The translations under genes were made by a program, and so were the position numbers. The notes beneath the pieces were generated by a model that was not told where the DNA came from, did not search any database, and saw only the letters and a program-made list of their open reading frames with translations. From Escherichia coli (GTDB taxonomy: Bacteria > Pseudomonadota > Gammaproteobacteria > Enterobacterales > Enterobacteriaceae), in NCBI RefSeq assembly GCF_011045215.1, contig NZ_CP049201.1: 64,000 bases of DNA; one strand, 5' to 3'. Shown here piece after piece: positions 36,321 through 50,536 of this stretch. Each line of letters starts with the position of its first letter. Positions within the stretch are counted from its first letter, which is position 1.

Positions 36321-39077
36321 TTACCCGAGAATTTTGCTGGCTTCGCGCGCGACATTATCCATCTCGTCCAACAGTTCCAGCAGCTCCGGCTCCAAATCTT
36401 CTTCTTTAGTACCGCTACGTAGCTGTTGTTCGATCAGTTGGCAGAGATTCTTCATACGCGGCACACCGCTATAGCCGCAACTGCCATGCAGTTTATGAAT
36501 CAAATCAACCAGGCCTTCCGGGTTTTCTCCAACCAGCTGTTCCTCAACTTTGTTGCGAACTTCAGGCAGGAAATCGAGTAACATTTGCAGCATATCGCGC
36601 GCTAAATCGGTTTTTCCTGCTGCCTGGCGTAGTGCCAGTTGCCAGTCGAGGGTCGCATTCGGGTTCACCACAATTTCGTTGACTTCGGGCGTCACGACGC
36701 GAGACGAAATACCGCTGCCAGGCTTGTAGCGCAACAACAAATTATGCAATCGCTCTTCTTCAATCGGTTTCGCCAGATAATCGCTCATCCCTGCGCCAAG
36801 CAGCTTCTCTTTTTGCCCGGCCATTGCATGCGCCGTTACCGCGATAACCGGCGTTTGTTGCTGATGGGGGAGCTGGTGGATGAGCTCGCAGGCCCGAATG
36901 CCATCCATGTCAGGCATTTGAATATCCATTAAGATCAAATCGAACGGCATCTGTTTCGCCCGTTCAACCGCCTGATGTCCGCTATCGCAAAGTTCCACAT
37001 GTTGCACCATATCTTCCAGCAATGCGCCGATAAGTTTCAGGTTAGCGGGGTTGTCATCAACCGCCATGACTGTCATTGCCAGCTTACTTTCATCGGTTAC
37101 AGGCAAAAGCGTGTTTTGTTTGTGATGACAAAATTCCGTCAGGGCAGGCAACAGGCGCGTAGGTGTTAATGGTTTCAGCAGACACGCGCCGATACCATCT
37201 TGCTTGAGTTTTTCAGCATTGACTTGTGCATGGCAAGGAAGTGCCAGCATCAGGAAATCGGTCATCGATACCGCTTTCGCTAATCGCTCATGTTGCATTG
37301 TTAGCGGCTCGCGGAAGGTCACCGCGATGCCTAACAACATCATGTCGTAATGCGCGGGAGGCAGCGCGGAGAACGTTGGGCTATAAACCACTTCCAGCGG
37401 CGTTTCACTTAAAATATCCAGCGTGCATTGCGCTGCTGCGGAGTTTGGTTCGACATAGGCCAGGCGCTTACCTGCGAGACACTGGGTGGATGGCCCTTCG
37501 ATAATAATGTTCGGGTTCAGATCGAGATTAATGTGGAACCAGAAAGTTGAACCGCGATTCGGCTGGCTATGGAACGAAATATCGCCGCCCATTTCATTAA
37601 CCAGTTTTTGTGTAATCACCAGCCCCAGCCCGGTGCCACCATGACGGCGGGAAATACTGGCATCAGCCTGTCGGAAGGCCTGGAATAAGCGCGATTGATC
37701 GCGTTCAGGAATACCAATGCCGGTATCCCGAATCTGCACTTCAATCTGCACTTTGGTATTACTCAGCGCACGTTTTTCTACCAGAATATCAATGTTGCCA
37801 TTCTCGGTGAATTTAATTGCATTCCCCACCAGGTTAGTGATGATTTGCTGTAATCGCAGTGGGTCGCCGATCACGTTATCAGGCACGTCGCTCTTAATAT
37901 TGAGCGTCAGTTCCAGACCTTTATCGTGAGAAGAATGTGCCAGCAGGGTAACGACTTCATCCAGCGTGCTGCGTAGTGGGAATGGAATACTTTCCAGAAT
38001 CAGCTTACCTGCTTCCAGTTTCGAGAAGTCGAGAACATCATTAATAATTGCCAGCAAATTATTTGCCGAACGTTCAATCGTATTTAGGTGATCGCGCTGC
38101 GTTGGTGTTAATTCTGTTTTCAGCGTCAGGCGGGTAAAGCCAATAACACCATTCAGTGGTGTACGCAGCTCGTGTGACATATTTGCCAGAAACTCGGATT
38201 TAATACGTGCCGCTTCCTGGGCGCGCTTTTTCGCCAGATCCAACTCAACGTTCTGAATTTCCATCTGCTCCAGCGTTTCACGCAGATCGGACGTCGCCTG
38301 GTCGATATTGTGCTGCATTTCTTCGTGATAAGCAGCCAGCGACATTGCCATCGAGTTGATACCGTTTTTCAGCATATCCAGCTCGCCGAGCATAAATCCT
38401 TCCACCCGGCTGTCGAGTTGCCCGCGACGGATGCGGTCGACGGTATTCACCATGTTGCGAATCGGACCGGTTACATCGCGCATTAAGCGCCAGCCAAAAA
38501 TAAGCGCAATACCGATACAAAACAGCATCATCACGCTGGAAATAAAGATCTCTTTATATTGCTGCAAGCGAACCGATTTAAGATCCAGCTCAAGCGCAAT
38601 ATATCCCAACATATTTTGACTATTTTTGGCATCGCTACTGGGCGATTCGTCGGGGGAGTAACTCTCAGAAATAATCGGCGTGCGGAGGATCATAATATCG
38701 CCGTCACGAGTGACAGTGAGCTGGCGAGGAAACGGCACGTTGCTGCCGAGCTGCATTGATGAGGGATCAAGATGAAAATTGGAGGTGACAAAGAGTCGGT
38801 TATTTTCATCATAAACCGAAATCGCGCGAACAATATCGGAATGGCGACGATGCAGTACGCTTATTAACTGACCGATAGATTCGCGATTTTGCAGGCTCAT
38901 GCCATATTCAGTAGAAACTGCAAGCGGCTCAATAATGCTGGCACCGGCATCTTCCAGTTGACGCTGCAAGTCGTTATAGCGATGCACGACGAAAAAGATA
39001 CTCAGCAATAAACCAATAAGGACGGTCGGTGCCAGGATCAGAATCATCATGCGTGCGCGCAGGCTGTAGTTGGTCAT
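36321..39077 (-). CDS. barA: Hybrid sensor histidine kinase BarA (918 aa)
   Basis: 918-aa ORF with N-terminal TM segments, HisKA/HATPase region, receiver and HPt domains; synteny. Confidence 0.95.
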
Positions 39078-39133
39078 GGAGTTCCGTTATGGGACAATTA
39101 AGGTCACACTGTTAAATTGAGAAAGTCTCGCCA

Positions 39134-40435
39134 ATGGCGCAATTCTACTCTGCAAAACGACGCACGACGACGCGTCAGATCATAACCGTTTCAGTCAACG
39201 ACCTCGACTCTTTTGGTCAGGGCGTGGCGCGACATAACGGCAAAACGCTATTTATCCCCGGATTATTGCCGCAGGAAAACGCGGAAGTTACTGTTACTGA
39301 AGATAAAAAACAGTATGCCCGCGCTAAAGTCGTACGCCGGTTAAGCGATAGCCCGGAACGCGAAACGCCACGCTGTCCTCATTTTGGCGTATGCGGCGGC
39401 TGTCAGCAACAACACGCCAGCGTGGATTTACAGCAGCGAAGCAAAAGTGCGGCACTCGCCCGATTAATGAAACACGAAGTCTCTGAAGTGATCGCCGATG
39501 TTCCCTGGGGCTATCGCCGTCGCGCGCGTTTAAGTCTGAACTACTTACCGAAAACACAGCAACTTCAGATGGGGTTTCGCAAAGCGGGCTCCAGTGACAT
39601 TGTCGACGTTAAACAATGCCCCATTTTAGTGCCCCAACTTGAAGCATTGCTGCCCAAAGTCAGGGCATGCCTGGGCAGCTTACAAGCTATGCGCCATCTT
39701 GGTCATGTTGAACTGGTACAGGCAACCAGCGGCACGCTGATGATTTTGCGCCATACCGCACCGCTAAGTTCGGCAGATCGCGAAAAACTGGAACGCTTTT
39801 CGCATTCTGAAGGCCTGGATCTGTATCTCGCCCCCGATAGTGAGATACTCGAAACCGTCTCTGGTGATATGCCCTGGTATGACTCAAACGGGTTGCGCTT
39901 AACTTTTAGCCCGCGCGATTTTATTCAGGTCAATGCGGGTGTGAACCAAAAAATGGTAGCGCGTGCGTTGGAATGGCTGGATGTGCAACCTGAAGATCGC
40001 GTACTGGATCTGTTCTGCGGTATGGGCAACTTTACACTGCCATTGGCGACACAAGCAGCCAGTGTGGTGGGTGTAGAAGGTGTTCCGGCGCTGGTGGAAA
40101 AAGGCCAGCAGAATGCGCGTCTTAATGGCTTACAGAATGTGACGTTTTATCATGAAAATCTTGAAGAAGATGTCACAAACCAGCCGTGGGCGAAAAACGG
40201 CTTCGATAAAGTGTTGCTGGACCCGGCGCGAGCAGGTGCCGCAGGTGTTATGCAGCAAATTATAAAACTGGAACCTATTCGTATAGTTTATGTATCCTGT
40301 AACCCTGCAACGCTGGCTCGGGATAGCGAAGCGTTATTAAAAGCAGGATATACCATTGCGCGACTGGCGATGCTGGATATGTTCCCACACACGGGACATC
40401 TGGAATCGATGGTACTTTTCTCGCGCGTTAAATAG
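39134..40435 (+). CDS. rlmD: 23S rRNA m5U1939 methyltransferase RlmD (RumA, 433 aa)
   Basis: 433-aa ORF with Fe-S cysteine cluster ([14 protein letters not shown]); upstream of relA. Confidence 0.93.
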   Translation: MAQFYSAKRRTTTRQIITVSVNDLDSFGQGVARHNGKTLFIPGLLPQENAEVTVTEDKKQYARAKVVRRLSDSPERETPRCPHFGVCGGCQQQHASVDLQQRSKSAALARLMKHEVSEVIADVPWGYRRRARLSLNYLPKTQQLQMGFRKAGSSDIVDVKQCPILVPQLEALLPKVRACLGSLQAMRHLGHVELVQATSGTLMILRHTAPLSSADREKLERFSHSEGLDLYLAPDSEILETVSGDMPWYDSNGLRLTFSPRDFIQVNAGVNQKMVARALEWLDVQPEDRVLDLFCGMGNFTLPLATQAASVVGVEGVPALVEKGQQNARLNGLQNVTFYHENLEEDVTNQPWAKNGFDKVLLDPARAGAAGVMQQIIKLEPIRIVYVSCNPATLARDSEALLKAGYTIARLAMLDMFPHTGHLESMVLFSRVK

Positions 40436-40482
40436 TTACGATTTGCCGATTTCGGCAGGTCTGGTCCCTAAAGGAGAGGACG

Positions 40483-42717
40483 ATGGTTGCGGTAAGAAGT
40501 GCACATATCAATAAGGCTGGTGAATTTGATCCGGAAAAATGGATCGCAAGTCTGGGTATTACCAGCCAGAAGTCGTGTGAGTGCTTAGCCGAAACCTGGG
40601 CGTATTGTCTGCAACAGACGCAGGGGCATCCGGATGCCAGTCTGTTATTGTGGCGTGGTGTTGAGATGGTGGAGATCCTCTCGACATTAAGTATGGACAT
40701 TGACACGCTGCGGGCGGCGCTGCTGTTCCCTCTGGCTGATGCCAACGTAGTCAGCGAAGATGTGCTGCGTGAGAGCGTCGGTAAGTCGGTCGTTAACCTT
40801 ATTCACGGCGTGCGTGATATGGCGGCGATCCGCCAGCTGAAAGCGACGCACACTGATTCTGTTTCCTCCGAACAGGTCGATAACGTTCGCCGGATGTTAT
40901 TGGCGATGGTCGATGATTTTCGCTGCGTGGTCATCAAACTGGCGGAGCGTATTGCTCATCTGCGTGAAGTAAAAGATGCGCCGGAAGATGAACGCGTACT
41001 GGCGGCAAAAGAGTGCACTAATATCTACGCGCCGCTGGCGAACCGTCTTGGGATTGGGCAACTGAAATGGGAGCTGGAAGATTACTGCTTCCGTTATCTC
41101 CACCCGACCGAATATAAACGCATCGCAAAACTGTTGCATGAACGCCGTCTCGACCGCGAACACTATATCGAAGAGTTTGTCGGCCATCTGCGCGCTGAGA
41201 TGAAAGCTGAAGGCGTTAAAGCTGAAGTGTATGGTCGTCCGAAACACATCTACAGCATCTGGCGCAAAATGCAGAAAAAGAACCTCGCCTTCGATGAGCT
41301 GTTTGATGTGCGTGCGGTACGTATTGTCGCCGAGCGTTTACAGGATTGTTATGCCGCACTGGGGATAGTGCACACTCACTATCGCCACCTGCCGGATGAG
41401 TTTGATGATTACGTCGCTAACCCGAAACCAAACGGTTATCAGTCTATTCATACCGTGGTTCTGGGGCCGGGTGGAAAAACCGTTGAGATCCAAATCCGCA
41501 CCAAACAGATGCATGAAGATGCAGAGTTGGGTGTTGCTGCGCACTGGAAATATAAAGAGGGCGCGGCTGCTGGCGGCGCACGTTCGGGACATGAAGACCG
41601 GATTGCCTGGCTGCGTAAACTGATTGCGTGGCAGGAAGAGATGGCTGATTCCGGCGAAATGCTCGACGAAGTACGTAGTCAGGTGTTTGACGACCGGGTG
41701 TATGTCTTTACGCCGAAAGGTGATGTCGTTGATTTGCCTGCGGGATCAACGCCGCTGGACTTCGCTTACCACATCCACAGTGATGTCGGACACCGCTGCA
41801 TCGGGGCAAAAATTGGCGGGCGCATTGTGCCGTTCACCTACCAGCTGCAGATGGGCGACCAGATTGAAATTATCACCCAGAAACAGCCGAACCCCAGCCG
41901 TGACTGGTTAAACCCAAACCTCGGTTACGTCACAACCAGCCGTGGGCGTTCGAAAATTCACGCCTGGTTCCGTAAACAGGACCGTGACAAAAACATTCTG
42001 GCTGGGCGGCAAATCCTTGACGACGAGCTGGAACATCTGGGGATCAGCCTGAAAGAAGCAGAAAAACATCTGCTGCCGCGTTACAACTTCAATGATGTCG
42101 ACGAGTTGCTGGCGGCGATTGGTGGCGGGGATATCCGTCTCAATCAGATGGTGAACTTCCTGCAATCGCAATTTAATAAGCCGAGTGCCGAAGAGCAGGA
42201 CGCCGCCGCGCTGAAACAGCTTCAGCAAAAAAGCTACACACCGCAAAACCGCAGTAAAGATAACGGTCGTGTGGTGGTTGAAGGTGTCGGTAACCTGATG
42301 CACCACATCGCGCGCTGCTGCCAGCCGATTCCTGGAGATGAGATTGTCGGCTTCATTACCCAGGGACGCGGTATTTCAGTACACCGCGCCGATTGCGAAC
42401 AACTGGCGGAACTGCGCTCCCATGCGCCAGAACGCATTGTTGACGCGGTATGGGGCGAGAGCTACTCCGCCGGATATTCACTGGTGGTCCGCGTGGTGGC
42501 TAATGATCGTAGTGGGTTGTTACGTGATATCACGACCATTCTCGCCAACGAGAAGGTGAACGTGCTTGGCGTTGCCAGCCGTAGCGACACCAAACAGCAA
42601 CTGGCGACCATCGACATGACCATTGAGATTTACAACCTGCAAGTGCTGGGGCGCGTGCTGGGTAAACTCAACCAGGTGCCGGATGTTATCGACGCGCGTC
42701 GGTTGCACGGGAGTTAG
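40483..42717 (+). CDS. relA: GTP pyrophosphokinase RelA, (p)ppGpp synthetase I (744 aa)
   Basis: 744-aa ORF; sequence recognised; synteny with mazEF. Confidence 0.95.
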   Translation: MVAVRSAHINKAGEFDPEKWIASLGITSQKSCECLAETWAYCLQQTQGHPDASLLLWRGVEMVEILSTLSMDIDTLRAALLFPLADANVVSEDVLRESVGKSVVNLIHGVRDMAAIRQLKATHTDSVSSEQVDNVRRMLLAMVDDFRCVVIKLAERIAHLREVKDAPEDERVLAAKECTNIYAPLANRLGIGQLKWELEDYCFRYLHPTEYKRIAKLLHERRLDREHYIEEFVGHLRAEMKAEGVKAEVYGRPKHIYSIWRKMQKKNLAFDELFDVRAVRIVAERLQDCYAALGIVHTHYRHLPDEFDDYVANPKPNGYQSIHTVVLGPGGKTVEIQIRTKQMHEDAELGVAAHWKYKEGAAAGGARSGHEDRIAWLRKLIAWQEEMADSGEMLDEVRSQVFDDRVYVFTPKGDVVDLPAGSTPLDFAYHIHSDVGHRCIGAKIGGRIVPFTYQLQMGDQIEIITQKQPNPSRDWLNPNLGYVTTSRGRSKIHAWFRKQDRDKNILAGRQILDDELEHLGISLKEAEKHLLPRYNFNDVDELLAAIGGGDIRLNQMVNFLQSQFNKPSAEEQDAAALKQLQQKSYTPQNRSKDNGRVVVEGVGNLMHHIARCCQPIPGDEIVGFITQGRGISVHRADCEQLAELRSHAPERIVDAVWGESYSAGYSLVVRVVANDRSGLLRDITTILANEKVNVLGVASRSDTKQQLATIDMTIEIYNLQVLGRVLGKLNQVPDVIDARRLHGS

Positions 42718-42729
42718 GCCGAAACTTGC

Positions 42730-42775
42730 TCGTATCTACAATGTAGATTGATATATACTGTATCTACATATGATA
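42730..42775. promoter_or_regulatory. mazEF promoter/operator region with palindromes
   Basis: atctacaatgtagat perfect palindrome and repeated tatctaca motif directly upstream of mazE. Confidence 0.5.
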
Positions 42776-42794
42776 GCGGTTTGAGGAAAGGGTT

Positions 42795-43043
42795 ATGATC
42801 CACAGTAGCGTAAAGCGTTGGGGAAATTCACCGGCGGTGCGGATCCCGGCTACGTTAATGCAGGCGCTCAATCTGAATATTGATGATGAAGTGAAGATTG
42901 ACCTGGTGGATGGCAAATTAATTATTGAGCCAGTGCGTAAAGAGCCCGTATTTACGCTTGCTGAACTGGTCAACGACATCACGCCGGAAAACCTCCACGA
43001 GAATATCGACTGGGGAGAGCCGAAAGATAAGGAAGTCTGGTAA
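42795..43043 (+). CDS. mazE: Antitoxin MazE (82 aa)
   Basis: [27 protein letters not shown]...; stop overlaps mazF start. Confidence 0.93.
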
Positions 43044-43378
43044 TGGTAAGCCGATACGTACCCGATATGGGCGATCTGATTTGGGTTGATTTTGACCCGA
43101 CAAAAGGTAGCGAGCAAGCCGGACATCGTCCGGCTGTTGTCCTGAGTCCGTTCATGTACAACAACAAAACAGGTATGTGTCTGTGTGTTCCTTGTACAAC
43201 GCAATCAAAAGGATATCCGTTCGAAGTTGTTTTATCCGGTCAGGAACGTGATGGCGTAGCGTTAGCTGATCAGGTAAAAAGTATCGCCTGGCGGGCAAGA
43301 GGAGCAACGAAGAAAGGAACAGTTGCCCCAGAGGAATTACAACTCATTAAAGCCAAAATTAACGTACTGATTGGGTAG
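43043..43378 (+). CDS. mazF: Endoribonuclease toxin MazF (111 aa)
   Basis: [52 protein letters not shown]... Confidence 0.95.
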   Translation: MVSRYVPDMGDLIWVDFDPTKGSEQAGHRPAVVLSPFMYNNKTGMCLCVPCTTQSKGYPFEVVLSGQERDGVALADQVKSIAWRARGATKKGTVAPEELQLIKAKINVLIG

Positions 43379-43448
43379 TGTTACTAACTCACTTCTATTC
43401 TGGTCACAGGTTTCCACCTGACGGACCCGCAATTTTCAGGACATTCTA

Positions 43449-44240
43449 ATGAATCAAATCGACCGTTTGCTCACTATTATGCAGCGCCTGCGCGACCCGG
43501 AAAACGGCTGCCCGTGGGATAAAGAGCAGACATTTGCCACCATTGCGCCTTACACCCTTGAAGAAACCTACGAAGTGCTGGACGCCATCGCCCGTGAAGA
43601 TTTTGACGATCTGCGTGGTGAACTCGGCGATCTGCTGTTCCAGGTGGTGTTTTACGCCCAAATGGCTCAGGAAGAAGGGCGCTTTGACTTTAATGATATT
43701 TGCGCTGCGATTAGCGATAAATTAGAGCGTCGCCATCCGCATGTTTTTGCTGACAGTTCTGCCGAAAACAGTAGTGAAGTGCTTGCCCGTTGGGAGCAAA
43801 TCAAAACCGAAGAGCGCGCGCAGAAAGCGCAGCATTCGGCGCTGGACGATATTCCTCGTAGTTTACCGGCTTTAATGCGGGCGCAAAAAATCCAGAAACG
43901 TTGCGCCAACGTTGGCTTCGATTGGACGACGCTTGGTCCGGTAGTCGATAAAGTCTACGAAGAGATCGACGAGGTGATGTACGAGGCACGGCAGGCTGTT
44001 GTCGACCAGGCTAAACTGGAGGAGGAAATGGGGGACCTGCTGTTTGCCACGGTCAATCTGGCTCGTCATTTAGGGACAAAAGCGGAAATCGCATTGCAAA
44101 AAGCGAACGAAAAATTCGAGCGTCGTTTTCGCGAAGTGGAGCGTATTGTTGCCGCGCGTGGACTGGAAATGACAGGTGTTGACCTCGAAACAATGGAAGA
44201 AGTCTGGCAACAGGTAAAACGGCAGGAAATTGATCTCTAA
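43449..44240 (+). CDS. mazG: Nucleoside triphosphate pyrophosphohydrolase MazG (263 aa)
   Basis: 263-aa ORF; synteny after mazF. Confidence 0.93.
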   Translation: MNQIDRLLTIMQRLRDPENGCPWDKEQTFATIAPYTLEETYEVLDAIAREDFDDLRGELGDLLFQVVFYAQMAQEEGRFDFNDICAAISDKLERRHPHVFADSSAENSSEVLARWEQIKTEERAQKAQHSALDDIPRSLPALMRAQKIQKRCANVGFDWTTLGPVVDKVYEEIDEVMYEARQAVVDQAKLEEEMGDLLFATVNLARHLGTKAEIALQKANEKFERRFREVERIVAARGLEMTGVDLETMEEVWQQVKRQEIDL

Positions 44241-44383
44241 GGGAATTACGCGGTCAAGCGCCATTTGTGTCATTTTTTAAATGACAAGCGCTTGATTTGC
44301 GTCAAAAACATTTACCCCAAAGGGGCTATTTTCTCACTCCTGATTTCAATAGTGCGCTGGCGAAGAGGAGGGATAATGAAAGT

Positions 44384-44412
44384 TTGTGGCACAGGTCATG
44401 TTCGGGTATACT
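44384..44412 (+). promoter_or_regulatory. Candidate sigma70 promoter upstream of pyrG
   Basis: TTGTGG-N17-TATACT about 55-85 bp upstream of the pyrG ATG; motif read by eye. Confidence 0.4.
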
Positions 44413-44452
44413 GCTTTCCCGTCCTGGTTATTCCATCGTCTTTTCAACCTAA

Positions 44453-46105
<1,653 letters not shown>

Positions 46106-46124
46106 GTAAAAAAGTTAGAACGGC

Positions 46125-46153
46125 AACGCGTACCCTGGGTACGCGTTGTTTGT
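46125..46153 (+). terminator. Hairpin + U-rich tract after pyrG
   Basis: aacgcgtacc ctg ggtacgcgtt followed by gtttgt. Confidence 0.5.
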
Positions 46154-46177
46154 CTGGAGTTTCAGTTTAACTAGTGA

Positions 46178-47491
<1,314 letters not shown>

Positions 47492-47510
47492 GTCTGACTT
47501 TATCTGATTT

Positions 47511-47541
47511 AAAAATGCCAGCCTTCGGGCTGGCGTTTTTT
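47511..47541. terminator. Bidirectional intrinsic terminator between convergent eno and the TPM/LemA operon
   Basis: aaaaatGCCAGCCttcgGGCTGGCgttttttat. Confidence 0.65.
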
Positions 47542-47550
47542 ATGGTTGAG

Positions 47551-48456
47551 TTACCAGCGACCGGACGCGCCGCCACCGCCAGAAGAACCGCCCCCGCCGC
47601 TAAATCCGCCGCCACTTGAGCCTCCACCGGAAGAGGGTGAAGAAGAACCTTTTCTTGAAGCTCTTTCTTTACTGAGTTTTTTGTATTTGGCGCGTAGCTT
47701 TTTATTGACGATAAGCCAAAAAATAACCAGTGGTACGATCGCAAAAGGCGTTAACATACCGCAGGCAACGATTAAATTGGTCCATGGTCCTGGCTCGGCA
47801 ACATAGAGGAATACCATCCCGTAAATGGCGCCAGTGAGAGTGATCCAGGGTAAATTCGACGGATCGGTAAAAACAATAAAATATGAAAGTACCGCCAGCA
47901 ATATAATTACAGCAAGCGATAATGGAATAGGGGGATTGATACTGTAATAATCCCCCCTGTCTTCCGGTAATTCACCATTCAACAGAAGCGCGCCGATATT
48001 TTCGCTTGCCAGTGTTAATCCACCCATCAGGTCATCACTTTTGAAGGCAGGGATCAATATATCCCTGATAATTTTCGCCGCTTGCAGGTCGGTAACCACC
48101 CCTTCCAGCCCGTAGCCAACCTCAATACGAACAGCATGATCCTCCCAGGCAACCAGAAGTAAAATACCATCGTTTCTCTGCTTATCTCCCAGTTTCCAGC
48201 TATCAAAAACGCGTGTTGCATATTGTTCAATGGAATCGTCTCCGGTGGACGGCACTACTAATACAGCGACCTGCGCCCGTGTTTTATGTGTAATATCCTG
48301 CAGTTGCTGTGTCAGTGATTGTTGTTCAGAAGTGCTTAACGTACCAGTAATATCGGTCACCTGTTGGCGCAGTTCCGGCACAGCAATTTGCTGGGCAAGC
48401 CCAGGAAGGCACCACAAAGTGAATAGAATAAAGATTAAGCGCATTACGATCACCAA
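47551..48456 (-). CDS. TPM-domain (YgcG-like) membrane protein, paralog 1 (301 aa); signal peptide, TPM domain, TM segments, Gly/Ser-rich C-terminus ending SGRW
   Basis: Signal-like N-terminus; TPM-like block VTDITGTLS...VAVLVVP...IEQYATRVFDSWKLGDK...DGILLLVAWEDHAVRIEVGYGLEG; hydrophobic segments; tail GGGSSGGGFSGGGGSSGGGGASGRW. Alternative start at 48444. Confidence 0.8.
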   Translation of the reverse strand: MVIVMRLIFILFTLWCLPGLAQQIAVPELRQQVTDITGTLSTSEQQSLTQQLQDITHKTRAQVAVLVVPSTGDDSIEQYATRVFDSWKLGDKQRNDGILLLVAWEDHAVRIEVGYGLEGVVTDLQAAKIIRDILIPAFKSDDLMGGLTLASENIGALLLNGELPEDRGDYYSINPPIPLSLAVIILLAVLSYFIVFTDPSNLPWITLTGAIYGMVFLYVAEPGPWTNLIVACGMLTPFAIVPLVIFWLIVNKKLRAKYKKLSKERASRKGSSSPSSGGGSSGGGFSGGGGSSGGGGASGRW

Positions 48457-49598
48457 CGGCCGGATGAACCGCCGCCTCCTGAAGAACCGCCACCACCGCG
48501 GAAAGAATTTCTCGACGAAGAGCGAGAGTGAGCATTACGATTCCCCGTTTTCCTGTTGCTTTTTTCTCCTGACCCCAGCTTAAGATTGCCAGTAAATTTG
48601 GCCACAATGATCAGCAGAACGATGCCAGCAATGGTTATTGGGCCGATAAAATGATCAATTAACCCAATAATTGTTGAGATGAATGCAATATCTTTATTAC
48701 TGGCGAACACCAGGCACCATCCCACAATAATTATCAGCATCACGACAAACAATGAATTTCGTCCTGATTCACGAACCTGCGGAGTCTTCTTTTGTTTTTT
48801 CACTTTAGAGTTTTTATTTTTTGGGGTCAGCATCATAGGAAATACGCGGCACATATTAAAAACTACCGCGAGACGCTGCTTGCAGGTTGTTGCTAACAAT
48901 AAACTAAAACAAACGACCGATACCCGCCGAATGATGACATCGTCCTGAAAGGAGAAAAACCAGACCATAGGGGTAATCATCGATATCATCCATATGCCAC
49001 GCCGTGGGCGGCTGGCAAATCGCCAGAGGACAACGATGGCAACGATCATCAGCAGTGTCCAGGCAAGACATGGCAGCGAACGTTGCGGATTAGCAAACAG
49101 ATGATTGGCTAAAGCATCCAAAGGGCTAAGGTTCGCTTTGATATGGGTAAACTGTGCGATGCTTTCAATTCCGCCCGTTAATCCAGCAAAGAGATTGTTT
49201 TTTTCGAATTCTGGCTGCATATGGTAACGAACAATTTGCGCAGCTTGTTCCGGCGGCAACATCTCTTCCAGTCCATGTCCAATCTTCATTGACGCCAGCC
49301 CTTCCGGCCATACGACGAGAATTAAGATACCTTCGCCATATCGCTTCTCTCCAACGGGTTTCCAGTGATATACCCCGTATCTCTGCGAGGCTGCAAGTTT
49401 AATGTTTTTGCCCCCTGTGGTCGGCGTAACCAACACGGCCACCTGGAAGTGGTTTTGCTGCTCGAGAGTCTGTAATTGTTGAGTTAAAGCAGTTTGTTCT
49501 TCTGTCGTTAATGTCCCGGTTAAGTCAGTTACTGAAGGCCATTGTTCAGCGAATACCTGAAAACCGCATAGCATCAGAAGTAAGAGAAAAATACGCAT
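48450..49598 (-). CDS. TPM-domain (YgcG-like) membrane protein, divergent paralog 2 (382 aa) with extended membrane region and SGRW tail
   Basis: N-terminus MRIFLLLLMLCGFQVFAEQWPSVTDLTGTLTTEEQ...; several hydrophobic segments, Lys-rich linker (KNKNSKVKKQKK), tail RGGGGSSGGGGSSGRW; overlaps paralog 1 start by 7 nt. Confidence 0.8.
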   Translation of the reverse strand: MRIFLLLLMLCGFQVFAEQWPSVTDLTGTLTTEEQTALTQQLQTLEQQNHFQVAVLVTPTTGGKNIKLAASQRYGVYHWKPVGEKRYGEGILILVVWPEGLASMKIGHGLEEMLPPEQAAQIVRYHMQPEFEKNNLFAGLTGGIESIAQFTHIKANLSPLDALANHLFANPQRSLPCLAWTLLMIVAIVVLWRFASRPRRGIWMISMITPMVWFFSFQDDVIIRRVSVVCFSLLLATTCKQRLAVVFNMCRVFPMMLTPKNKNSKVKKQKKTPQVRESGRNSLFVVMLIIIVGWCLVFASNKDIAFISTIIGLIDHFIGPITIAGIVLLIIVAKFTGNLKLGSGEKSNRKTGNRNAHSRSSSRNSFRGGGGSSGGGGSSGRW

Positions 49599-49612
49599 AT
49601 CAATTCCTTTTG

Positions 49613-50536
49613 TTACCAGCGCCCGGAAGCGCCACCGCCACCAGATGAACCGCCACCACCGCTGAAATTGTCATTGTTGAATGAAGAGGATGACGATGAT
49701 GAATAGTGGGAGGAAGAATTGCTTCTTGTATGGCGTGATGGCTGGTTGACATCACGCATCAAATCCCGAACTTTTTTGCCGAAGGGGGTAAAAGCGATGG
49801 CGACAGCCAGGAACGGTGTGGCGAAGCAGAGTAATGTTGCGAGTACTCCCCAGCTTCCGCTGAAGCCTGCTATAGGTAAAACAAAGGCCAGTACAATAGC
49901 TGCGAAGCAAATTACTCCCAGCGTTTTGATATATCCTCTGGCAGAAATAAACGTCAGTACTATCGCCCAGACTAACAATGCCCACCAACCGCTAAAGGGC
50001 AAAGGGTGATCGGTCGGTGTTATCGTTGCTAAATTATTCCCCGTAAGACGACTTTCAATATCGCTGATCCCCTTTTGTAAACCGCCAGCCAGGTCGCCTT
50101 TTTTAAATGCAGGAATAATACTGTTGCGAATAATTTTCCCGGACTGTGCATCCGTAATAATACCTTCCAGCCCGTAACCGATTTCAATACGCACGGTATG
50201 ATCCTGCCAGGCGACTAACAGTAGAACGCCATCATCACGGTCTTTATCACCCGGTTTCCAGCTATCGAATACCCGCGTTGCGTACTGCTCGATGGTTTCA
50301 TCGCCTGTTGTATCAACCACTAACACGACCAACTGTGCGTGGTTTTTTTGCGTCAGGGCTTTAATCTGGTTGGTCAGGGTGTTTACTTCGCTGTTTGTTA
50401 ATGTGCCGGTTAAGTCATTCACATACTTGGGGGATTCAGGTACTGGAATTTGTGTGGCAAACACAGATGAACAGAAGAAAGCCATAAGGAAGATAAAATT
50501 TCGCATAGAACTTCCCCGCTTAATGAGCATTAGCAT
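49613..50536 (-). CDS. TPM-domain (YgcG-like) membrane protein, paralog 3 (307 aa; likely start at 50506)
   Basis: VNDLTGTLTNSEV...LVVLVVDTTGDETIEQYATRVFDSWKPGDKDRDDGVLLLVAWQDHTVRIEIGYGLEG, closely similar to paralog 1; tail SGGGGSSGGGGASGRW. Confidence 0.8.
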   Translation of the reverse strand: MLMLIKRGSSMRNFIFLMAFFCSSVFATQIPVPESPKYVNDLTGTLTNSEVNTLTNQIKALTQKNHAQLVVLVVDTTGDETIEQYATRVFDSWKPGDKDRDDGVLLLVAWQDHTVRIEIGYGLEGIITDAQSGKIIRNSIIPAFKKGDLAGGLQKGISDIESRLTGNNLATITPTDHPLPFSGWWALLVWAIVLTFISARGYIKTLGVICFAAIVLAFVLPIAGFSGSWGVLATLLCFATPFLAVAIAFTPFGKKVRDLMRDVNQPSRHTRSNSSSHYSSSSSSSFNNDNFSGGGGSSGGGGASGRW

